NCBI RefSeq assembly: GCF_006345805.1
Contig: NC_042997.1
Location: 133,672,001 to 133,736,000 of the forward strand
Direction: 5' to 3'
Source of the DNA: Octopus sinensis
Lineage: Eukaryota
Length of the DNA: 64,000 bases
This document shows, in pieces, positions 1 through 11,921 of the stretch. How positions within the stretch are numbered: the first letter of the stretch is position 1; each line of letters starts with the position of its first letter. The notes under the pieces are model-generated. The model did not search any database. It worked only from the letters and a program-made list of their open reading frames with translations, and had not been told where the DNA came from. The position numbers and the translations under genes are program-made.

Positions 1-1059
1 CCACATAGCCACACTGTGCCTATATCAACAAAAATGAATGAAAACGAGAACGCAGTGTGGGATGAATGTTATATTTCGAAGTACGATGAGAAACCGAACA
101 GGTTTCAGTGTTATTAGATCTCTTTCAGTGCTGGTATAATCATACCAGCACTGTCAGAATTAAGATGACTTCTCCACTGCATCATTGCAAGAACCGTACC
201 TTCTTTATTCCCAAGTTAACATCGACTATTATGGTCAGGCCAGGTCTTCTGGAGACCACATCCTAAATAAGTCAGTCTTCGCGTAAACAGTGAGGGTTAG
301 CAAACAATTTATGGTCATAAAAAAGTGAGAGTAAATTGTCCTAAAAATGATGAAGCGAAATTGCAATAGAAACCTGAAGGGACGCCTTTTTAATCCCTAA
401 CAGCTTCTGAAGTGAAGAACATATCACTAGATGGTACAAGTCATATAAATGCCTGTGGATGTAGCATAATGAGAGACTCCTTTATATTCTTACGAAATTT
501 TCAGATGTCACTTCCGATTTCTATCGTAAATTACTTTCACTTTTTTTAACAATTTACATTCACTTTTTTTTACAACAGTAAACTGCATATTAAGCTACTG
601 TAAGATGGTTGCCAGTTTTCTACCCATCCATATTGTAGACATTAGCCCGATGTCAGTTGGCACAATTTCCCGTGCTTGGCCATCCGAAGTATATTGGCAG
701 TTTTAGTGAATAAACATTGAGCCGTGTGACAAAAGAATAACTGGCGAGGGAAATACCTACTGTGTTAAAAACAAATTGTAAAGTCTGAGCTAACATATTA
801 AATGTAGTGAACCAAGAAATTCTAATTAAAATTATACCTGTAGTGATGAGAACAATTATTAACTTAATGAGTTCGGCTTGCTATATTATATAACGTTTCA
901 TAGAGGCTGGTAGGACACGACAAAAATCTTTGGCAAGGAAAAAACACTCGGCTCTAATAAGTATTATGGGAGATATAACAGCATCTCGAATCGGTAGAAA
1001 ATACATCGGTGATAAAAGTATTGAACATGCGTAAGCTAGGTGCATATAGGTATGAGAGT

Positions 1060-1573
1060 GTGCAAGTGTTAATGTGTCTGTGTGCATGTGTGTGTACATC
1101 TATTCGAGCGTGTGTGTGTGTGTGTGTGTGTGCATATGTGTATATGTGAAAGTGCATCTGAATGTATGTGAGCACGCATTTGTGTATGTATGTATGTATG
1201 TATGTATGTATGAATGTATGTATGTATGTGTATACGCGTGTGAGCGTGCACGTATGTGTATGTTTAAATGTGCATGTGTGCGTATGGGACTCTGTGAGGT
1301 GTGTGTGTGCATACATGAGCGTTTGCGTATGCGTGTGTATATGTTTGTGTGTGTGTGTGAGTGTGTGGGTATATGTTTGTGTGTGTGCGTGTGTGTGTGT
1401 GTGCGCGCGTGCTTATGTTTTAATTGATTGATGGTAGTAAGGCTGATCTTGCCATTGTATACTTAACTCTTTTGTAGAAATTAGTAATATCTATCATAAA
1501 GAATGGAAAATTGGGTGTATGCGTGTGTGTGTGAAAGTGTTTCCGTGCGTGTGTGAATGTGTTTGTACGTGTG

Positions 1574-1614
<41 letters not shown>

Positions 1615-1727
1615 GCATGTGTGCATTTTATATGTGTGCGTCTATGTGTGTATCTTCCTATCTTTCTAGCTATCTCTCTCTATATAAATGCATATATATA
1701 CATGCATATATATATATATATATGCAC

Positions 1728-1773
<46 letters not shown>

Positions 1774-1886
1774 CGATATATAAATACACACGTACATATA
1801 TACATACATACATGTGCGTGATTGTGTGTGTATATGTTTGTGTGTGTATGCGTGTGTATGCGTGTGTGTGAGTGCGTATGTGTGTG

Positions 1887-1954
<68 letters not shown>

Positions 1955-1955
1955 C

Positions 1956-2030
<75 letters not shown>
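1060..2030. repeat. Compound microsatellites (TG)n, (TATG)n, (TA)n, (TAGA)n
   Basis: Simple repeats seen directly; they explain the low-complexity ORFs at 881-2064. Confidence 0.95.
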
Positions 2031-2857
2031 TCGATTTGATAATTAGGACAGTTATTGTTAACAACGAATTTTTTTTTTTTATTACTTCAACTTCTGAATT
2101 TTCGCTGAATGAGCAAAAAGCAGAACAGCATTAAATATTGTTCTGATTGCGGCAGATATTAATTCTAAGCGAGATTTCATTAAATTTTTATTACACAAAA
2201 GATGGAAGAAAGCAAAGAAAATAAAATTTATATTCATATCCGTAATGAGAGTCTGTTGACGTTATCGGCGTCTCTGTTGTTATTGTTGCTATTATCGTTG
2301 CGATTATTGTATTATCCTCCCTATTGTTGTTGTTGCTGTTGTGAGAAAATCTAAAAAACAAAAACAAAATAGCATTCTTCTATTCGTTAATTTGATTAAA
2401 TTTACTTGAAATTTTCGGTGAAATCAAACACGTCATCAGAATACCCTAAGTTTTAGAAGCATACATTAGTTATATGTTTAAGAAGTTTGTTTCGAAACGA
2501 CGTGTTTGCAGGTTCGATCTTACTGTGTGGAACTTTAGGCAATTCTTTTCTACCATACATAGCATAGGATTGCACAACGCCTTATGAGCGAAATTTGTTG
2601 GACAGAAACTGTATGGAGTTCCGGAAAAGGAACTGGTACCTTTCCTATTTGGAGATGGTAAGCTTAATCAGTTGGTCGGTTTAATATTGCCGCTTAACCC
2701 ATGGGCTCTTAAAGTAGAGGCTTTTCTCTTGCGAGAACTCAAACCTCGTCTACTGCTGTTTCAGTATTCACTGCTTCCAATAATTTTATGTTGTCGAACG
2801 AATCCACCCCAGTACTTATTTATTTTAAAGCCTGACACTTATTCTATCGATTTTTGA

Positions 2858-3190
2858 TGCCGAACCGCTACGTTACGGGAACGTAAACACACCAATATCT
2901 GTTGTTAAAAGGTCGTGAGGAACAAAAACAAAGACACACACACATACATGTGTGTGTGTGTGCGTGTGTGTGTGTGTTGTGTGTGTGTTGTGTGTGTGTG
3001 TGTGTGCGTGTGTGTGTGTGTGTGTGTACAACAGGTTTCTTTCAATTTCCGTCTCCCAAATCCACTCACAAGGCTTTGGTCGGTCCGATGTTATAACAGA
3101 CGACAAATGCCAAAGTTGTCACACAATAGGACTGAACCCAGAACCATGTGATTGGGAAGTAAGTTTCGTACCACACAGCAACGCTTGCAC
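2858..3190 (-). mobile_element. SINE family A, degenerate copy lacking its 3' tail
   Basis: Reverse complement matches the intact copy at 34014-34417 (ccaaatccactcacaaggctttggtcgg; internal (CA)/(TG) tract). Confidence 0.85.
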
Positions 3191-3331
3191 CGGTATGCGC
3201 AACCTTCTTTCGTAAAGCGGGCTGCATGAAACATTGCTCATCATCAGGTGAGCTGTACTACTAAAATAATGGTAATTAAAGGTAATTTTCAGAAAGTCCC
3301 GTGGGCTAAAGGTTACCTATCATTAGTCTAA

Positions 3332-3343
3332 ATAATAATGATG

Positions 3344-3425
<82 letters not shown>

Positions 3426-4024
3426 TAATAATAATGATGATAATAATGATGATGATGATGATGATGATGATGACGACGGAAGTGTTATCATGTACATTGT
3501 TTTGTCTTAGTATAAAAGATGGACTACAGCAAATATTCTGCTCCAAACCACAGATTTGCTTGTCAGTTGTCTGACCTTAACCAGTTGGCCATGTCCCTTA
3601 GTGGCTGACGAGATATGCATCTCTGACCACGAGCAGAAGTAGTGGGGGAGCGTCATAACCGTGTGTTGAGAGGAATTCTTGGAGTTTTAGATAATTCACC
3701 TTTGGAAACACGGGTGGTTCGTTCAACATCATTTAACAATCCTTATTCAGGTACCTTTTGAGCGGATTGGGCTACTCGACCAGAAGAAAATTGTAACTGG
3801 GCCCCACCTGCAAGGTCATGCGCTGTTTATCTTGATATGAGATCACCATGTCGCGCACATATGGTTGTGATGCATGTGCCTGGTGTACCCTTATCAGACG
3901 GGTAGTCATGATGGGTATACTGGGCTTCGTATATTTTACCCCAGTGTCACTTTGATGGCATGCACTGCTCTCTCACTCAACAACAACAACAACAACAACA
4001 ACAATAATAATAATAATAATAATG

Positions 4025-4055
<31 letters not shown>

Positions 4056-4255
4056 TAATAATAATAATAATAATAATAATAACGATAATAATAATGATAA
4101 TGATGATAATGATGGTAGTGGTGGTGGTGGTGGTGGTGGTGGTGGTGGTGGTGGTGATGATGATGATGATGACGATGATGATGATGATGATGATGATGAG
4201 GTGGAGGAGGAGGAGGGGAGGAGGAAGATCGCAACAACAAACAACAACAAGAAAT
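3332..4255. repeat. (AAT)n/(GAT)n/(AAC)n/(GGT)n tracts flanking a ~500-bp complex sequence
   Basis: Trinucleotide runs at 3332-3475 and 3979-4255. Confidence 0.95.
3476..3978. mobile_element. Unclassified interspersed element embedded in (AAT)n-type repeats; possibly a non-coding end of an R4/Dong-like LINE
   Basis: Complex sequence with a sharp junction at ...ctctcactc|aacaacaac...aataat. No protein motif found; the class is inferred only from context. Confidence 0.4.
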
Positions 4256-4399
4256 AACAATGAAATAAGCTAGAGATTCAATTATTCAATGAACAGCATT
4301 TAAGATTCACCGGAAGTGAAACGCTTATCGAGAATTCGGAGAGTTTACTTTTTTCTCGCCATGTCTGACTCAGACAAAATGTCAACAATAAAATTAATG

Positions 4400-4502
4400 A
4401 AGTTCAAATAAAAATGAACAAAAGTGAAAAATCATAAATAACAGTGATTGAGGGAAAAGAAGGAAGGGGTGAATGTAACAAAGACAGAAAGGGAGGCAGG
4501 AA

Positions 4503-4536
<34 letters not shown>

Positions 4537-4894
4537 AAAGTAAGGAAGATAGAAAAGAACGAAAAAAAGAGGTAGACAGAAAGAAAAAAGAATGATAAAG
4601 AAAGAGGGAATAAGAAAAAACAAAACAAAAATGAAGAATGAGATGAAAATAAATAGATGAAAGAAACAAAAGAAATGAGGAAATGAATAAAAGAAAAAGA
4701 GAGAAAGAACAAATGAATTAATAAATTATAGAAAGAAAGAAAGAAAGAAAGAAGAGACTGATTCTTCAATATCTTTCCAGATAGATATAAAATCTAAGAT
4801 AGATAGATAAGCAGGTGGGGAGGCAGCCAGCCAGCCAGCCAGCCTGCCAGCCAGCCAGACAGCCAGCCAGACAGACAGACAGACAGACAGATAA

Positions 4895-4951
<57 letters not shown>

Positions 4952-4972
4952 TAGATAGACAGACAGACAGAC

Positions 4973-5061
<89 letters not shown>

Positions 5062-5091
5062 TGTAGGTAGAAAAATAGATAGATAGATAGG

Positions 5092-5149
<58 letters not shown>

Positions 5150-5171
5150 TGTAGGTAGAAAAATAGATAGC

Positions 5172-5230
<59 letters not shown>

Positions 5231-5260
5231 ACGGACAGAGAGGGAGAGAGAGACATGGAC
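4400..5260. repeat. Purine-rich (GAAA)n, (CCAG)n, (GACA)n, (GATA)n tracts
   Basis: Seen directly. Confidence 0.95.
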
Positions 5261-5729
5261 TGATCTATTGATAGTTTAATTGATTAATTGAAGGAATGTG
5301 CGTGCATATGTATACGTGCATATGTATACGTACGCGTGTAACTTTGTAGTTCACAGTACAAGTGCAAGGAATGACTCATGTATTTTGAGTTCATAATCGT
5401 GTGTTTGATGGTGAACTTTAAAGCTCTTAAATTATCCCAGCCTCAATTAAGTAAGCAGTAATGGAATAATACTAAAATTTTCAGATAATGCACTTTATGT
5501 ATCGAAAATACTTATTTTTTTAAATATTTTTAATATTTCAAATAAATCGCCGGAGGATAGAACACCGTTTATTGTTTTAATCCAGTTGTGATAATTGTGC
5601 TGGAAAAGAAGAAGAAAAAAAAATTCACAAAATGTATGCATTCTTACATTTTCGCATTCTTCATTTAAGACTTTCAGATAATAAATATATATATAATCTA
5701 TATATATAAATATGTATGTCTATGTGTTG

Positions 5730-5760
<31 letters not shown>

Positions 5761-7296
5761 TGTGTGTTATATGCTGTATAATGCTGTTTCGAGGAAGTGT
5801 CGTAGGGGGAATAAACACTATTCTAAATATACGTTCGGTGAATTGAAGATTGAGGCGAATGACCTAAAGTTGAAGTACACGTAATATGCTACGCTGCTGA
5901 TACATGCAATATAAACCGCAGAGGAATAAATACCAAACGGTATCCAATAAGGATGTGAACTCAGGCGTAAAGAAGAAATTCTATTATCTCTGATATTGGT
6001 GCCGTTGTCTTTTACTGTTATTATCTTTTATATTTATTTACATATTCTTTATTATTATTATTATTTTTTTTTTTTTTGGTTTAAACTTTTTAGTTAATGA
6101 TATAGAAATGAATATATTTCTGTTTCATTTAACTTGGCTTTATTCTATTATTCTAATGCTAAATGATGAAATATCTCGAATTAGTTTAGCATTTTTTTTC
6201 CTGGCTATGATGAGGCATTGCTTTCAATGGATTCTTCGTAAATTGTCTCGACCATATTTACGTATTTCGTCCTTAAGACAGCTAGCTGGTAAAATTGTTA
6301 AAACGACGAGCTTAAATGTTAAGCGGGTTTTTTATTTGTCTCCTTTACGCTCTAACATCAAATCCCGCCGTTCAAGAATTTGGACCGTATATTGTCCAGT
6401 GACATCATTTTGGTAGCGGTGGTCAGAGGCAGTCAATCGGAACTGTTTAATATTGCATCGTCAAGAGCTCTTCTCATTTCTTTTTAGGATCTTGAATAAG
6501 TAATATTCAGGAAGAAAGTGAAGTATTAACAGAATCCAACGTCAATCAGAAGACGGTGGAATTAAAACTGGATATCCATAGAGAAAAGTACATGCAGATA
6601 TGTCGTCTCCGCTGCTCCAGAATTAGTGTTTCCAGCGACTTCAAGGGCCACCTCCCAGTGGTGTCGGGCGTCAACGAAGAGCCCTCGACTACAACAAGAC
6701 GCCCAAAGTTTTTTTTTCCAAGGTCTGGGGTCTCCCGCCCTTAAGCCCTAGACCATCACCTAATAACCCTTACCCGTCTTTTTTCTTAACAACAACAACA
6801 ACATCAAATCCCACCGTGGTTGAAATTGCCTTTCATTGTCTCGAGTTAAATAAAATACCAGTCATGTACTGAGGGTCGATGTAATCGACCAACTCCTTCC
6901 CCTTAAAATTTCTCGCCTTGCTCCAAAATTTGAAACACTTGATTCCTTCTGGAATACATCTCTTTTCGTAGTTAGGTACGTTAAATGTAATATCTACATT
7001 ACTTTTAACGTACATAAACATTATTCGACGCGCTATTTTGTACCGCTACGCGCGCATATGTATGTGTGCATTTCCATACGTACAAATGGCTCCCGCAAAT
7101 TTTACTTAAAATGTACTTATATACCCGATTCTATTGGTAGAAGACACTAGGCGTCAGGCTGTGAGATCGAAACTGTAATTGCGTGGTCGCGAACTGAACC
7201 TCTTAACCACACTGCTACATTGTCAATAAGATTATAAGTTTTTGGACTATAGTCTTCAGAAATAAAAATGGTGTTCAGAAATAAAATTGTGTCAAT

Positions 7297-7722
7297 AAGG
7301 CGACGATGTGGTAGAAGCGTTAGCACGCCGGGCGAAATGCTTAGCAGTATTTCGTCTGCCGCTACATTCTGAGTTCAAATTCCGCCGAGGTCGACTTTGT
7401 CTTTTATCCTTTTGGGGTCGATTAAATAAGTACCAGTTACGCACTGTGGTCGATATGATCGACTTAATCCGTTTTTCTGTCCTTGTTTGTCCCTCTTGTG
7501 GGCAGTAAAGAAATAAGAAACGTTAGCACGCCGGGCGAAATGCTTAGCAGTATTTCGTTTGTTTTTACGTTCTGAGTTCAAATTCCGCTGAGGTCGGCTT
7601 TGCCTCACATCCTTTCGGGGGTCGATAAATTAAGTTCCAGTTGCGTACTGGGGTCGATCTAATCGACTCCCTGCCCCCACTCTCCAAACATTCCGGCCCT
7701 TGTGCCCAGAGTAGAAAAGAAT
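7297..7722 (+). mobile_element. SINE family B composite (B1 joined to B2)
   Basis: tRNA-like head with B-box gagttcaaattcc and body gtcgactttgcctttcatcctttcggggtcgat; B1 tail joins a second head at gaaataagaaacgttagc (7509-7527). Confidence 0.9.
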
Positions 7723-7964
7723 ATGATTCGATTAATTTGATCGCCGAACACATTCAGAAATCTTATTCTTGAGTGCGTAAATGGTACCGAGCTGGATTCG
7801 AACTAAATATATTATTCTTATTCTATATGCCAGAACCTCATATATTTATATACTTCATTCGTCTCATGGGGACAAGGCTAGAAATAAAATTTATTACTCT
7901 AAACTTTTTACTACTTCTAATCATATGACCCCCAGCTGTGTTGCTGGGTGGGAGGATCATCACT

Positions 7965-8830
7965 TAAAAGGGGCATAGCCGATTATGCCGATGCTAACCC
8001 GACCCCTGCCTTCGTTCAGTACTTCGCTAGTACTTTATTTTATCGATCTCGCAAGGATGAAAGGCAAAGTGGAGTTTAGCGGGATTTGAACACAGAGAGT
8101 TAAAGAGCCGTGACTAAATACCCAGAGTTATTTGCTCCGATGCTCGGCCGATTCCACAGTTCACCACTTTTATTTATTTATTGCTTTTTCTTTTGTTTTT
8201 TTTTTTAAACGGTACAATCTCTTTTATTCTATCCTAAAACATACATCATGTTGCGGTCATTTCTCTAACTTAACCATTAATAATCATTCATGCAACATTG
8301 CCAATAAACTGAATTCTCCACGGTGATCAAAGACATTCTTTAATGCCACATTATCGTAGAAAAAGGGTTATTAAAATTTTTCTCAAAGTTCCAGTAACAA
8401 ATGCGGTGGCGAGGTTGAAGGGTCTCCTGTTAAACAAAGAAATACCAATATAAATGAAAATTTATGTGAAATTAATTTGTTTTAGAAATTTTCAAATATT
8501 AATTGTGATTTTATATGTATTTTTTATTTGATGTTCATTTTTATTTCTTTTCTTAGAATTCCTTTCAGTCATTTAGTATTTTATAATTTTTACACTAATA
8601 TCAGTACCAACGACCTATATTTTAAAACTAATACGTAGCTGGCGGCGTATTGGCAGAGTCATTAGCATGTCGGGCAGAATCTTTCGCGTTGATATTTGCT
8701 TTGACTTACAGCACTCTGAGTTCAACACGAGCTGAGGGCAATATTTGTATTTCCGAAATAATAAGTACCTCTCAAAGATCCTAGATTGGCAAAACTGTAA
8801 GAGCGTTAGATAGGATGCCTTGCGGTATTT
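7965..8830. mobile_element. Two degenerate SINE-B-related copies (~7965-8170 minus, ~8640-8830 plus)
   Basis: Remnants such as ggatgaaaggcaaagtgg and ctctgagttcaa. Confidence 0.6.
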
Positions 8831-8856
8831 GTTCCCTCTCTTTGCGAGTTTAAATT

Positions 8857-8904
<48 letters not shown>

Positions 8905-8908
<4 letters not shown>

Positions 8909-9099
8909 TGACTGTGTGGTAAGAAGCTTGCTTCTCAATCACATGTTTCCGGGTTCAGTCCTACTTCGTGGTATCTTGGGCAAGTGTCTTCTATTATAAC
9001 CTCGGGTCGACCAAATTCTAGCTCGGGTCAACCAAAGCCTTGGGAATGGATTTGGTAGACGGAAGCTGAAAGAAGCGCGTGCGTGCGTGTGTGTGTGTA

Positions 9100-9130
<31 letters not shown>

Positions 9131-9332
9131 TTGTGTGCCTGTGTTTGCCCCCACCATCGATTGATAACCGGTGTTGGTGTGTCTACGTGCCCATAAATTA
9201 GCGGTTCGGCAAAAGAGGCTGATAGAATACGTACTAGGCTTACAAAGGTTAAGTCCTGGAGTCGATTTGTTCGACTAAAGGTGATGCTCCAGCATGGCCG
9301 CAGTCAAATGACTGAAACAAGTAAAAGAGTTT
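8905..9332 (+). mobile_element. SINE family A, near full length
   Basis: Head gagtgactgtgtggtaag, ccttgggcaagtgtcttc, internal (GT)n, tail gactgaaacaagtaaaagag. Confidence 0.9.
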
Positions 9333-9733
9333 ATATATATGTATATGATTAAATCAGTTTAGAAATACTCTAATCTTAGATGAAGAGACCAAAGCGGCGT
9401 GATGGCAGAATATTTACCAATCTTGTTTCTAAAAGATGCTTAGCGGCATTTCTTCCGGTTTATATTCTATGTTTATATGTCACCGGCTTTGCCTTTAGTC
9501 ATTTCGGGGTCGATAAATTAAGTACCGGCTGAACACTGGAACTGATGTAATCGATTAATCTCCGAAATAGATGGCTTTGTTTCAAAATTTGAAATCACTA
9601 TTAAATGAAAAGACGCAGATGTTCTATATTGTAATAGATATTTCGGTATGTGATAAATGCGAAGTTTGATTCCTATCAAAATAGCTGCTATTTCTCTGCT
9701 ATGGAATAGTAAGCATCCGTCGGTCTCGAGAGG

Positions 9734-10189
9734 TCTTCTTGTCTTGAGACAGCATTCACCCGGAATGGGTTGAGCTGGCTTCATTCATCTTCAGTGCTGC
9801 ATCTCTCACAAACGCCGACCAGACCTGGCGATTGAGGCTAATGACCGCGTGATCTCCAACCACTCCCTATTCCAGCGGCGAACGCCGTAGATATGGGGGC
9901 CTAGGTTGGCTTCCAGATCAGCCTTGACTGTTATCAGCCTGGTTTTTCGTTGTCCACCACATCGCTTTCGCCAACCTTGAAGGGGAGCTGGGGCAATTGC
10001 TTCGTAGATGAATTCTCCTGGTTGACGACGGAGGGCATGACCCAGCCAACGCAGACGTCTCGTTAGGATGACTTGTCGGAGGGAGGTGATTTTGCACTGG
10101 TGTCGCACCGAATTGCTGGAGACAAAGTGATGCCAACGGAGATGAAGGATGCGGCGTAGGCAGAGCTGATCGAAGGATTCTAGTCGCTA
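9734..10189 (-). mobile_element. 5'-truncated RTE-clade LINE (C-terminus of ORF2 plus 3' end)
   Basis: Open frame LESFDQLCLRRILHLRW...RRLRWLGHALRR...GWRKRCGGQRKT (includes ORF 9806-10108); flanked by imperfect repeats gtctcgagagg (9723-9733) and gtctcgatatg (10190-10200). Confidence 0.85.
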
Positions 10190-10378
10190 GTCTCGATATG
10201 CCATAGATCTGAGCCCAAAGAAAACGTGTCAGCGGCTGATGGTGGTGCAGCGCCTGTTGTGGCTTCACAGGCCCACACGTGAGTGGCAGTCTCGCATCCA
10301 GCGACTGCATTTGAAAGAGCTCTCTGCTGGGGCTGATGATTTTTCCTTCCGTCTTGTGCACTTTTCTTTGATGGAGCA
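10190..10378 (-). mobile_element. RTE/BovB-like LINE 3' fragment; its last ~23 bp lie at 9711-9733
   Basis: Encodes FKCSRWMRDCHSRVGL*SHNRRC (degenerate terminal zinc finger) and is homologous to 25140-25300. Confidence 0.8.
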
Positions 10379-10445
10379 GAGGCGCGTGGCTTAGTGTTTA
10401 AGGTGTTGGTCTCATGGTTGAAAAGATTGTGGTTTCGAGTAGCAG
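10378..10445 (+). mobile_element. SINE family D head fragment
   Basis: gaggcgcgtggcttagtg...aagattgtggtttcga matches 26505-26565. Confidence 0.7.
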
Positions 10446-10762
10446 CGCGAGTAGAATGAATTTGCTGTTAAATCCACCAGAGGGGCACCTACAGCTATAA
10501 CTCAGCTGGAATGGATCGATGCTACGAGGGAACCCGCGACGTAGGGGAACTGCACTTTCTTTCCCTATGCTACATTAGCTTTGCCTTTTATATTTACGGG
10601 CCTAAAATATAATCAATCTTGCGCGTTTGATTGGCGTAACTGTAAGAACGTCAGGTGAATAACTTGTAGAATTCGTTCCAGTTTTTTGACTCGTAAGTTC
10701 AAATCCCCCACTAAGCTGATAGACTTAATGCGTCGCCCGGTTTAACACCATCATCTAATACC

Positions 10763-11151
10763 TATTTCTTTACTTCCCACAAGGGGCTAAACACAGAGAG
10801 TACAAACAAGGACAGACAAACGGATTAAGTCGCTTACATCGACCCCAGTGCGTAACTGGTACTTATTTAATCGACCCCGAAAGGATGAAAGGCAAAGTCG
10901 ACCTCGGCGGAATTTGAACTCAGAACGTAGCGGCAGACGAAATACCTATTGCTTTACTACCCACAAGGGGCTAAACACAGAGGGGACAAACAAGGACAGA
11001 CAAACGGATTAAGTCGATTATATCGACTTCAGTGCGTAACTGGTACTTATTTAATCAACCCCGAAAGGATAAAAGGCAAAGTCGACCTCGGCGGAATTTG
11101 AACTCGGAACGTAACGGCAGACGAAGTAACGCTAAGCATTTCGCCCGGCGC
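10763..11151 (-). mobile_element. SINE-B dimer with 15-bp TSD
   Basis: Two ~190-bp units; ccatcatctaatacc at 10748-10762 and 11152-11166. Confidence 0.92.
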
Positions 11152-11388
11152 CCATCATCTAATACCATAAGATGACTTTCAAGCATTCGAGACAAGTCTC
11201 CGGTTTCAGAATACTTTATCCCTTCCCGCCGACACCAAACCCGGTGGCCATGTAAAGGATCATATGGACGGATTTCTATCCTCACCCCACCCCCCACCAT
11301 CTCCGACAAAAATATCAAAGATCTACTGTTACTTCATATGTAGTCTTCATTTTTCTTTCGTCTGAAGTTTTTCTTTGAAGCTTTCTTA

Positions 11389-11394
11389 GTGGTT

Positions 11395-11429
<35 letters not shown>

Positions 11430-11493
11430 GGTGGTGGTGGTGGTGGTGGTGGTGGTGGTGGTGGCAGTAGTAGTAGTAATAGTAGTAGTGGTG

Positions 11494-11529
<36 letters not shown>

Positions 11530-11920
11530 GCAGCAGCAGTAGTAGTAGTCGTGGTGGTGGTAGTGATAATTGTTGTTGTTGCTGCTGTTGCAGTTGTCGT
11601 GGTCGTTGATGATAATGATTCGCACGAGGTTATTCCATGACTTCGACGAACAAGAATAGCGAAATGAACAGATGTACGTGACTAAAAGTAACGTCTATGA
11701 AGTTACACTAAATACAAACTTCATATAAACACACACACATACACACTCACGCACACACACACACACACACACCACACACACACACACACTAGCACACACT
11801 CACACACACCACACACACACACACACTAACACACACACACACACACTAGCACACACTCACACACTAGCACACACTCACACACATACACACGCACTCACAC
11901 GCGCATGCACACACATATAT
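11389..11920. repeat. (GTA)n/(GTG)n and (CA)n microsatellites
   Basis: Seen directly (11389-11610 and 11720-11920). Confidence 0.95.
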
Positions 11921-11921
11921 A

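Noticed and set aside
6488-6744. Possible exon after a polypyrimidine-AG at ~6487 and the 62-aa ORF at 6556
   Set aside because: Stops occur in all three frames just after the acceptor and there is no recognisable protein.
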